A stretch of 64,000 bases of DNA, taken from Azolla caroliniana. Taxonomy: Eukaryota > Plantae > Polypodiophyta. The stretch spans positions 3,410,001 through 3,474,000 of the forward strand of contig JBHGNT010000007.1 of the NCBI GenBank assembly GCA_043228905.1, given 5' to 3'. Below the pieces are notes generated by a model that did no database searches, was not told the DNA's origin, and was given only the letters and a program-made list of their open reading frames with translations. Of this stretch, positions 1 through 11,900 are shown piece by piece. A program made the translations under genes and the position numbers. Numbering within the stretch: position 1 is the stretch's first letter; every line of letters begins with the position of its first letter.

Positions 1-959
1 GGAACGATTTATGTGCAATATAGAATGGCATGATATCATGCATATTTGGCCACATATTAATGTGTCAAACTATATTTCATTCTATGAAAAAAGAGGATAC
101 AACATACAAAGAGCTAACGTTGCAAGTTGCAACTTGTGTAGTGTGGAACTTGGGTAGGATCTCGAAATAACCAAGGTCTTCATATGCCAACCAATAATAC
201 TTAAGATGGTGCACAATTTTGTCCCTATCTCTCAACATGTTCTTGAAATCTCTATGTGCCATCCTTATTAAGAAGTTTCCTAAAATGGATTGCCCAATCC
301 ACGGAAGCTCTCTATGTTGATAACACAATGAAATCATGAGGTATTGTATTGGTTATGCTCAACCATAGCCACCTCACACGATACAAAAGAACATCTCCTT
401 GGACTAGAATCAGGCAAAAAATTTGCCAAACAACTTGCTTGCTAAAATTAAAAGATTGGACATAGTCATCTTGTAGTTGTTAACATACACAAACTAAATT
501 ATCGACAAGTTCATGGGATCAATTTGTTGTGGTTAATTCTGGAAGATATGCCAAGATACACATTTCGGGGTGGATTAAGATAAGTAGGCACTAAAAGTCT
601 CACATCGCAATGCATGTGAGCTAAGTCACATGGAAGCAATGGTTCGAATGGCAGACAACGGGATGGGCTTTAACATGTATCGTTGTGTATGATTTTCTCA
701 TTTTGCAAAGAACATGGTTTTGTAGTTAGGTGCAACATGTGTAGTATAATGTGTGAAGCGTGAGTCTCTACAGTTGTCCCGTGTCTTGATACATTGGCAT
801 TACAAAAAGTCCTCATTTACAGAGGAATCTAGTGATACATCACGAAGCAAGTGTGTTGCATCCCATGTACCAAACCATTTTTCTATATCTTGCATCCAAT
901 CAGAACACAAAAATTTGCTTTTATGCATCTTTTGGATATTTTTGCTTGTTTCCCATGCA

Positions 960-2290
960 ATTTTAGGAAGTTGATGTGATAGACCTTTTTAAACCTTAAG
1001 CATGTATTCAACAACCCTTTCCACGGCCATGATCTCAATGGGAAGTGATCCCATCTCAAGGAGGAGAGTGTAGGGTGTTTGTTTATTAACTTATAAAAAC
1101 TTTGTAAGAAAAATGTTTTTGGACATTTTCAAACTCTTTTCAAGTAGATTTAAGGATGTTATCACCCCCTACTTCCACCCTATAGAGAAGCACTAATGTC
1201 ACCAAAATGTCGAAAAGGTATTTCTTGAGGACCCAACACTTAATATCTCCATGATTTTATGTGTTCTCAAATGCATAATATGCTCGCTTTCCCACCTCTA
1301 AGCGGAGTGTAGCACATTCATTCCATCTATGATTTGAAGGAACTTCAAGGCCAAGATATTTGAAGCTTTCGACACATTCAAGTGGCTCATGTACATGCAA
1401 TTTTTTTATCTCTTCACAAGCATAATATTTGTTTAGAGCTATTGACACAATTTAGTATGCATGCAAAGTTTTCCAATGCCTTCATAAGTTTTTATGCATC
1501 TCCTAAAGTATTTGCAAAAAACACTACATCATCTGAATATAGCAAAAGCACAATGACAACATTCCCACTGCCAACTTCTTCAACACATTCTTGGCAACCA
1601 TTTCATCCAATTCATCAATGCATAGACCAAATAGAGTTGGTGATAGTGAGCATCCTTACTTAAGACCAATAGTGCTATTGAAAAAATATGAAAGTCTTTC
1701 GCTCATATGCACACAACATATAACCTTCTCATATATTCGGGAAATTGCAAGCATATATTCACTTGGCACCTCGAGTTCTTCCATTTGCCTCCAAAGATAC
1801 TCACAAAGTACCATATCAAAAACTTTCTTAAAGGCTACGAAGCAACCATATAAACCTTTAACTCTAAGGCAACTTTCCTCCATTAATACTTGATGGGCGA
1901 CAAGGTGATCAATTGTGTTATGGTGTTTTTGAAAGGTGGCTTGTCCATAAACTCTCTTACGATCTTTTTTTCAGCCCATCATGCATTTATCTTTGATTTG
2001 ATTATACATCCAAATAGTTTTGCTATTAGTGAGCCAACCATAATGGTTCGATAACTGTTTACATTATTTACATCTCCACCTTTATGTAAAGGTTTGATCC
2101 AATTTGTAGTCTGGTTGTACGACATAACATGTTGCAATGCACGATTAAACATATTGCTTATCCATACACGTGCTTCCTTTCCTAATCATTTGGGCATTTT
2201 CGCCTTTATACATTGAAGATCACTTTCCTTTTGAGAGGCCAATTTCGTAAGTCCTATCCATATATCTTCAAATGTGAAGAAGGGAGACAT
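960..2290 (-). mobile_element. Degenerate non-LTR retrotransposon (LINE, RTE-like) reverse transcriptase fragment
   Basis: Broken minus-strand ORFs 1656..1883 (LYGCFVAFKKVFDMV, a degenerate form of the 'CFVDFKKAFD' RT motif) and 1257..1448 (LECVESFKYLG, RT C-terminal motif). Many stops; boundaries approximate. Confidence 0.75.
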
Positions 2291-3160
2291 ATATGAAAGA
2301 GAACCATAGCACATCATCTTTCTGGCAAGAGATAGCTTGTATAAATTCTTACAATGCATCGACAAAGTCGTGAAGAGTTAAGTCACCATAACTCTCAATA
2401 CGTTGTCGCGAAGATTCGCGTGCGTGTTGTTCGGGCGGGACCACGAGGGTCTGAGACTAGGGAGAATGAGAAAAGGAGGAGTTTCCACCGTCGAGTCCGG
2501 TTTCGGCCCCTTTACCACGTGGGTTCACGACCGACAGTTCACATACAAACACAAAACACCGAGGGCCTAAGGACTCTAGGACTTCGACGAGAATGCTTCC
2601 GAACACAAAAATGGATGACTTGACATCCGACACGACGAGAACAAAAGGAGTCGAGATCTAGACGACACCATAGTATATACCAAAACAATTTCTTTATGTG
2701 AGGGTCAAAGCCTCAATAGATTTACAACGATGGCGCTTAGGCCGATCTCGGCGATGCTAGGAAAACAAGAGCGGTACAATAGAGAGGGACGGAGATGGGA
2801 ATTCGTGATGACAATGACCACCAAACACGAGCACACCACCGCACACCACACGAACCGAGAACCATGTACCACGAGAGCCGACCGCACCAACACCATAAAC
2901 CTCGGACCACATTGATGAGATCATTGGTCTTGGTCTTGTGAGACACATTGGTCACATTGGTCTTGGTCTTGGTCCCATGGAAGGGAAATGGCGCAAATGA
3001 TGGGTGGATGGATCCATGTAGGAAAAGCAAAAGCAAACGCAAACGCAAACCCAAACGCAAACGCAAAAGCAAAAGCATGGGCAGAGAGAGATGCTCTGTT
3101 TTCTGCTGCGCTGTGTTAATTATTTATACATACATGGTAGATATGGTTCCATGACACAAT

Positions 3161-3194
<34 letters not shown>

Positions 3195-5170
3195 GAGACA
3201 AAAGGAAAGCAGCGATCCTTTCTTGTTTTAACAGTCCCTTTTTACCCTCTCCCCCCGCCCTCTCGCTGGCGATGGCGGTGATGACCCCACAATTGTTCAG
3301 GCGAAAACTAATGGGAGATCTATGTAAGTACACACAAATCTCTGTGGAGAGATAGAGATAGAGATAGAGATAGAGAGAGAGAGAGAGAGTATGTATGTGT
3401 TTGATTGATTTTGGATCTGTAGAGATTTTAATCGAATAGTGGATCTCTGTGTTTGCATCTTCTTTTTTTCAAGATGGGTTGTGCTGAATTTGAAACCATT
3501 GTATAGTGGCAAGAGGTGTTTAGGCATTTTCCCAGTAATTCCCCGCCTGTTGTCTCTGCTCTATAATGTTCAATATTATGAGCTTCTTTTGTAGGCGAGG
3601 ACACAGAGGTTTGTTTTCGCATTTATTCCCTTATTGGACAGACTAATCCCGTGAAATTCCCTCATGTTTCCTGAACTGTTAAAGGATTGCAGATTAAAAC
3701 TAGTTAGATGCATTTTTTTATCTTTCCTCTGACATTTATCCCATGTGGCAAAGATCAACCTCACTAATTTCCTTCATGTTACACTGCTCGACGTTATGTG
3801 GTACATGTATTGGGGGGGGGGGGGTTCTTTCGATAATTTTCCCATGTGGGAAAGATTATCTCAGTTCCAAGCAGTGGAATTCAAAATAACAAGAATTATT
3901 TTTCGCATATCAAATGGATGGGTTGATCATTTGTGATTTGCCCCAGCAAACAAAATTCTGTTAAATTCTATGTAGTTAGAGCTTTTTGTACATGAATATG
4001 AACAGGTGAAGGACCGAAAATATCATCATCTCCTACTTTCTGGTGAGAAAACACTAGATACTTGCATTCCTCATTAATGACATTTTTTTTAAATATTAAA
4101 GAAACAGAAACATGATATAACATTAAAAGAGAGAGACAGAGACTCTCAATTATAAAAAATATATTGGTGAAAGTGGAAATCCAAGTCTAATTTCCCTATA
4201 ATGTGTAACATCATGAGTTAAACATGGTCAGAGGGCGAGCTTTTTGACATTTTGCCCATGTGGAAAAAAAATCCCTAAACTCCCACATGTTTTCTCACAT
4301 GTGGGAGTTTAGGGATTTTTTTGACATTTTTCCTACGTGGGAAAGATTATTTCCCTCATTTTCCCTATAGTTTTTAACATTATGAGGTTCTACATGTGAG
4401 TCAGAGCATATTTAGCAATGCATGGTAAATGTTAGATCCTAATCCCTATCAATGTTGGGACAAGTCTAATGACTTCTTATTCAAGAAAGTTATGATAGGA
4501 AATGTGGTGATTATGATCATGCATTGGACACTCTAGAGAAACATGAGGGAAGTTTGTGGAATTTAATCTTTCGCGTATGGGACAAAATGTCGAGATAACT
4601 TCCATTCTCCGCTGCACCTATGTAGGTATGTCCATGTAGCCTAAGGAAGATGTTCATAATGTCAGGTCCTAATCTTAATCAATGTGGGAATTATAGTGGA
4701 AATGATCCAATGAATTGTTCCTTTGGTGGTGGTATCCGTGGATGGCACAAATACATTTTTCTCCAGTTTATCATCATCATGAATTTAGGTGATTCTTATT
4801 TTCTGTTTTGACTTTAATTTGGATCTTGAATTCTTTATCTTGTAAATACTGGTTGCATATTGATCCTCCTTTTGTAACTATGCTTGCCTTAGAACTTGAG
4901 GTTCTGTCATTTGTAGATGATGTGGCATTAGCTATGGTACCACCAAAAAGGGTGGATCGATGCTCTCTTCCCGTAATTTACATCAGGGAATAAGTACCAT
5001 ATCCACTATATGAGTTAATCAAATTTGTACAAGTTCATACGTGTCATCCTGTGTAAGCTAATTTACTAACTCATAGTTCTACTGAATATTCTTGAATGTG
5101 CTTGGTTGATATACTGATTTTGTCTCCTTACATCACAGGTTGATATATGTCATATACTTGAAGTGAAGTA

Positions 5171-6418
5171 ATGGATTCACTTCCGATAGAAGTAGTCGGC
5201 AATATATTGTCTCATATAGCATCAGCTCGAGAAGTTGCCATAGCTTCTGAAACATGTAGGAAATGGCGAGAAGCCACAAGACATCACCTACACAAGCTCA
5301 TTTTTGCCGAATCTGACTGCCCTCGGGATCTATTGCAAAGTCAATGCGAAATCCTAATCACTGAAACGATAATGAGAACAAGTTGTCTCCAAGACCTGAC
5401 CATCAGTGTGAAATGGACTTTTTCTGCGGCTTTGGTTATTGCATGGCTTATGCACACAAAAGAGACTCTGAAGTCTCTTACTTTCATGAGCCCCACAGAG
5501 CCGCCATTGAATATATTTGAGAAATGTGGCGGGCAAAAGATAGAACACCTAGTCTGGGGTTCAGCCCACATTCCTCCAATCGATCCTGTTATTCACAAAT
5601 TTCCAAGCCTAGTGTCACTCACACTCGAGAAGGCGGTATTATCCGCTTTAGATCTTAACCTACTCTTCTCTGTTTGCCCCAAGCTCGAATTCTTGTCTCT
5701 TATCAACAATGATATATCAGTCTCTGACACTGCTTCCACGATCGAGCTCAAGAGTGCCTCTCTGAAGACCCTGAACATTGAGGGTGTAAGTGTGGACAGT
5801 ATCGTTTTAGAAGCTGATAAGCTCAAAAAGATGGTGCTTAGGGCATCAACATTCGATCAATTCGAGCTTCTTAGTCAGGGTAGTTTGCAACATCTCACGA
5901 TTGAGGATGTGAGCATCATTCATCTAGAGATAGGTCAATCCGCCGATTTGCTCGAAGAGGTAATTGTGTGCGATTTCACCATCATGTGGCCCAAATTCTA
6001 TCAAATGATATCAGGTGCAAGTAAGCTAAAAAAGTTAAGGCTGTGTGGACTACCGTTCCATCCGGAGGAGGAGGCAATGGACCTCAAAAAAATCTCCCTA
6101 TCGTTTCCTCGTCTACATTGGTTGGCACTCAATTATCATCATGGCGATCATCATTTCCAACATGGCATCGGTAGGTCTGCCCTGTTTGAGAAAGTGGTCA
6201 TACTCGAATTGGGCACTTCCAAACTTAATGAGCTTTTTGCTCAATGGATTGCTAGTTTTTTGGGATGGTGTCCAAATTTGCAGAGATTGACGATCTACGC
6301 TACTGTCTCAGAGGCAAAGTCTCAAAAAGATTTCCAGATGATTGGTAAGTTCACATCCTCCATGATCGATCTCATGCGTCAGTTCTCATTTGTGGATGTG
6401 AAATTTGAGTTTTCTTGA
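5171..6418 (+). CDS. F-box/LRR-repeat (RNI-like) protein, 415 aa, single coding exon
   Basis: N-terminal F-box (MDSLPIEVVGNILSHIASAREVAIASETCRKWRE) followed by leucine-rich repeats (FPSLVSLTL, CPKLEFLSL, CPNLQRLTI). Probable 5'UTR intron acceptor CAG at 5136-5138. Confidence 0.9.
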   Translation: MDSLPIEVVGNILSHIASAREVAIASETCRKWREATRHHLHKLIFAESDCPRDLLQSQCEILITETIMRTSCLQDLTISVKWTFSAALVIAWLMHTKETLKSLTFMSPTEPPLNIFEKCGGQKIEHLVWGSAHIPPIDPVIHKFPSLVSLTLEKAVLSALDLNLLFSVCPKLEFLSLINNDISVSDTASTIELKSASLKTLNIEGVSVDSIVLEADKLKKMVLRASTFDQFELLSQGSLQHLTIEDVSIIHLEIGQSADLLEEVIVCDFTIMWPKFYQMISGASKLKKLRLCGLPFHPEEEAMDLKKISLSFPRLHWLALNYHHGDHHFQHGIGRSALFEKVVILELGTSKLNELFAQWIASFLGWCPNLQRLTIYATVSEAKSQKDFQMIGKFTSSMIDLMRQFSFVDVKFEFS

Positions 6419-8954
6419 AAACGTTTCTTTCCAGAAAAAAAATAAAGCACAATGTGCATCTCTTCAATTGATTATTCTTTTCTTGGAGATAGGAATAAAA
6501 AGTAAAGGACATTTTCCCAGTGAATCGATGATGACCCTAACCTATAGTTATTTCTCAAAGCAAATAGTTTTTGGCCTCAGCATGGTATGCTGTATAGCTG
6601 TTTCTTGTGATTCATGGATAGTGAGACTTGAAGAGCTCATTTTGTAGTTGCTAATTCTAAACCTTGAAAACATTTGTCATTGACATAACAAGATCCATTT
6701 TTGTTAAGAATACATGAGCTATTGGGATTGCATTAAATCAAGTTTATATACATTCATACAAGTTTATGAAGGTGTCACAAAACTATCAAGCGTTGTTGTG
6801 CTTAAACCATCTAAATGCAGAGTGAGGTGTTTACTTCTTGATTAGCTTATATAACCATCTTTCATTTCAAGAGATGTCTAAAATGTCAACATAAAAGGAG
6901 TACCCATGATGTTTTAATTGCATGATGTTGATGTCCCTGATATTAGAATTTCTTAACTTTTTAGAACAAGATGTTGACAAGGGGACATTGGGATTTTGTA
7001 GTTTGCTGAAACCAATCATTGTCTGTATTTTCAAAATTTGCAATTAGAGTCGGATACTTCTACTTACATAAATTTTGGGATGTTAAAAGAGTTTGTGAGA
7101 AAATCATAGTTCAATTGATGAATATATTATCATATTTTTTACAAGAAATATAGAATATATCAAATGTATAGTGGTAACTTATGAATCACATTTACAATTA
7201 TTGGAATAGATGGATTTTTGGGTGCTAGTAAAGGTCTACAAAGGCCATTTGGATCATGCAATGCATGAGGTGGACAAATGGGTAGTCCTTGAGATGCACA
7301 TCCTACATAATCTAGATTTTTTAGAGACTAGCTCAACACAATCTATAAGATAAAGTGGATAAGCAATAGTGATTTGAAATTAATGCAACAATAGGGAGCA
7401 AAATTGTGTCATGTAAAAAACAATATAATAATAAAGTTAATGATAAAATATGTCAAGACTTGGAAAGAGCTATTCATGATACAAAAGGCGACTTATTTTT
7501 TCAAGAAAGAAGGAGAAGAGGACCTTATTTGACACTTACATTATGTTAGGCCGTCATTGATCAACCACACATGCTAGAATGACATTTGTTAACGACTTAC
7601 AACTGCAAGTAATTCATAGAAATATAGAATGCCTTTTTGTATCTAAATGTTGTGAGACCTTTAGTAGGGCACGATTGGGATATTGCATTTTCACATGATT
7701 TCAGCATTTAAGTACATTGATTGAAGTATGGCTGCCCAAATTGATACCTTGAACAGTGCATGACACACGAATTGTATTATTACATAGTCATAATTACATT
7801 GTAGAAAGCCTTACAGATATTTAGTCCTAATATGTAGAGCCAAGATAATTAGAGATTGTAAATCTCCTAGTTTCCTAGTTCACTATGTGTCTACTTGATG
7901 GTAGTTATGGATAGAACTAATTAAAACTTCTTAATACTAGCTTAGTTTCATGTAGATCAATAGCTTGTAGTTCTATTAGTTTACATTTTGTTTTGAGCCC
8001 TATATATAGCAAGTAACCATCAACCTCAACTATACACAACAATCTAATGCTCTTTAATTAGACGTGATTTCCATGTAGACTACACACTCACATACTTTAG
8101 ATGGGATACCTCTTATGGCTTATGTTAGTACAATCTACTAAGCCATCTAATAATGTCAAACTTGATGTTAAGTCAACAAAGAGACAAAGGACACATACGT
8201 GCTTGAGAAGAACTTGTGGATGTAGAGCACACATGCAACAAACCTATAAAACATAGATACTCAAGCTCTAACCAAATAGATAATAAACAATGCATAGAAA
8301 TGATGATCATGTGTGCTAACATTTGTTCAGAACAAAATGATCCATGACTAGAAGCATGATCCCCTTTTATTGAAGTTATTCTTTTATTGAAGTTATTCTA
8401 AGTAGAAGTGCATCCACATAAGACCATATACATCACATGTAAATTTTTTCTCATAACCAGATTCAGGTTGCCAAACACCCATATGACAATTTTCATCTGT
8501 TCCTAACTATTGGCGGTGCATATTGCAAGGTTGGGAACATCTCGTAGTACGTCATGCATATTGCGGCATATAGGCAATATTGTTGCTTTGAGGAAGATGT
8601 CAAAGTGGACTAAGGTAAGACCAAAAAAGTTGAAGAAATAACAAATAAAGATACCATTATCCTGAACTGCGCCGAAGCAACAAAAAAATACGGTAAGCCT
8701 AGGTCCTGGGGTTAACCTTGACTTCACAATTTACATTGTGTTAGTAACAAACGTATGATTGACATAATCATCAACTATTTGGTTTTTCCTTCGATTAACT
8801 CTAATACTTCTGGTAATTAAAAATATCTTAAGTCTATTGGAAATTATTCCTGTCCACTATACATACATATATATATTAAGTTTTGTGATATGGTAACAAC
8901 AAATATTTCCAGGGTATGTACCACGTCAAGTTCCTCTCAAAAAAATGTCGTCTT

Positions 8955-11900
8955 CTAAACCTCAAATTCTTCAGTTTCTTCAGCTCTAATATCTGTAGTG
9001 AGAAAAATAGCACAGATTAAAATGAGTTTGAAGTTTTTGCACTGTAAAAACAATCAATATCAAAACAGCACACACTTGCAACAAAAATGATATACAATGG
9101 AGCATCATAGTATAAAATTCTCATTGTAAACCATTTCTACCATTTATCTGCATAAACTTACCTCTTCCAAATTCTTGTCTCCCACTTAACACAAGGCCTG
9201 CAGTAGTGACTTCATATGGATAAGAAGTAACAGCAGATATTGGGGATTTAGCAATCTTCAGAAACCTTTGTCCTGATTTAGAGGTACACCTTTACTTTTT
9301 AGTTTCTCTTTCACAAAAATATACATTAAAAGAATTTCATATTGTAGAAAAACGTTTGTGTAAGATTTTTATCACAAAGCATTACAAACAGGTTCAACCA
9401 GAGACTTCATTATCCAACGATAATAAATGCAATAATCTCTGGTTGTTACAAACAAGCATATCCATTAATAATAAATACATCATCATTCCAAGCTCGAATA
9501 TACTTGCTTGAATAACACATAAATAAAGGGAGATGAATTCACCATATAATTTCTCAGATTGGCCATTCAACTGCTCAACAGGGTGATGACCAAAGTCAAT
9601 AACAAAAACTTACAGGATTTTTATTTTTTTGGGGGGAGAAATAATTAAAGTAAATGGGTCTTGTGAACTTTTTCCCTTGACAAAATCAATTCTTCAGTTT
9701 ATACAACATAAGAAAGCAACAACTCACCTGAAAGAGATTCTAAAATGAGGCGTATATTCACTGCATGAGCCCAAGAGGTTCCAAGAGCAGCAGTAAGATG
9801 AGCTTCTGAATCTTCTTGACAAGTTTCTGCATTGTGGATAGTTGCACAACACTCATTATCGAAATCAAAGTCTGTGTCAACATCAGTAATTATAACACAA
9901 ATAAATGTGTCTTCACCTTCAAATGTGAAACCCATATTTAAAGCTTTATCTCCTGAACTTGTCCTGACTTGGTTTGTAACGAAAACAGGAATGCGAAAAG
10001 ACTCTGCTAAATATCTGAAGCCTTTCATGAATTAGACTTACTAATAGAAATACCTAAAATGAGGACAGTCTTACATAGTAAAAACTTTTAAACTACTGGC
10101 TACTGTGAAAGCAAGTAGACATGTTGCATTTTGAAAGTGTCTTTTAACTACCATAAAAGGTTCATTCCAAAAGTTATTATGTTCCATGTATGATCCAAGT
10201 TGACAAAAAGAATTAAAGTAATCAAGAAAGGAACCGATGCAATAACATCTGATAGCTTCCAATTTAATGAAAACAAACAATATATGGGGGTTAAAATCAA
10301 TCTTATAGAATTCAGGTTTGAGCCTTTTTCACATGAATTAAGGTATGACATAATCCACATGATAAAATTCAAGCTCATTTCTGAACCTTCCTTTCAGCAT
10401 GTGTTTCCAAGCTTCAGCAAAGTAATTAATCTGCCCCCCCTTCCCCCAGCTAATCCTAAAACTGGGGAAAAGGATTGAATTTCATCATCTGGATTATAAA
10501 AAAGAATGCTGATTAACAAAAACCGAAATCACATTTCAGAATGAAGTTCTCCAAAGTCCAAGAAATTAATAATATAGATTCAATGTGGCCCAACTGGAAC
10601 ATTTATCATGTTAGACTCACTTCAATAAAGCTGCTTGATGACCCAATAATCTCTGCTTCCGAGACATATCTTCTTGGGTGTATTCACTGTTAAAGAAGTC
10701 TGGTGATTATAAAACCGATAGCGTAATCAAATAAAGAACAGAAAGAATGCAATACTTACCCCTGCATAAGCGCAGCAATGCTGTCAATGACCAGTAATTT
10801 GACATGATTTTCAATTATTATCTCCTCTAACTCTTGTAAACTGCAGGCATTTATAAAGAACCAAGAAGGTAAAGGAGACAGAAGCCATGATTTGAGTTAT
10901 GATTCAACATATTCATATCATGAACATGTCTTTAATACCATACAAGTCTTGTAATCCACCTTGATGCAAACTCTTCCAAGGAACAAGGATGATACACCAG
11001 CACACGTGTGGCTAGCTAAGCATGATAAAATGTAAAGATATCAGTCACATCATGTTGATAGATGTTCAGGTATACACATTTTTCTGGAAAGATATATGCA
11101 AAATTCAGTGCCATAGGCAGTAAATATTACTTATGCACTCTGACATAATCAATTCCAAGAAAGGCATCAACATTTACTGAGTATATAATACAGTATGCTC
11201 ATGGCAAAAGACACTTGATCCAATCTTTGCCAACTTGGGTTAAGGATCAAAAGAAGCTCGTATCCATTAACATTGGATACAACATAATTACATTTTAGGC
11301 CAAATTATAAGACATCTGACTTGCCCCATCACATTATAAGAATATCCTAAATAGAGAGAGTGTGCATTTCTGTCACTTTGGATTCAAAACGCAGTGTAAG
11401 ACTAAAGCTTGAATAAATTAGTTGGCTTTACCTAACAATTTTCTGGATTGAGAAAACCAACTGAGACTTAAGACACCTCCACCTGGACCAGCCTATAATG
11501 GACATCTTCAATTTTATTAGATATTTCTCTTTTAGTTACCATTTGTAAACACCTACTTGCATACTTTAATAAGTAATCTACCCATTTCATTCTTTCGGTT
11601 ATTCTCTCATAGCTAGGACAACATTTTTGGCTGTAATCTCCTGATCGGTCTTATCAACCATATTGATGTATTACAGACACTGCATTTCTTTTTTTCTTTT
11701 TTACTCTCTCAACTTACAGTAGATGACATAAGATTCCCAACTGCAATGTAAATGGTTTTTGTCCTATTGGTCCTATCAGCAGGTTAAAGGAATTATACTG
11801 TTAGAAAATGGATCAAAAGAAGTCGGGACAAGAAAAGCATCCCACATTTCATTCCCATTAGCCAACCATTTCTAGGAGTGTTCCATAGAATCTAATATTC

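Noticed and set aside
2705-3333. ORFs with poly-Met, KRKRKPKRK or LRLRL tracts
   Set aside because: Produced by (CAT)n, (AAACGC)n and (GGTCTT)n simple repeats; no domain signal.
11430-11495. Possible extra RAD51B exon (AG..GT-bounded stretch in intron 5)
   Set aside because: The protein is already collinear with RAD51B without it, since exon 11015-10960 supplies the expected RVLVYHP segment.
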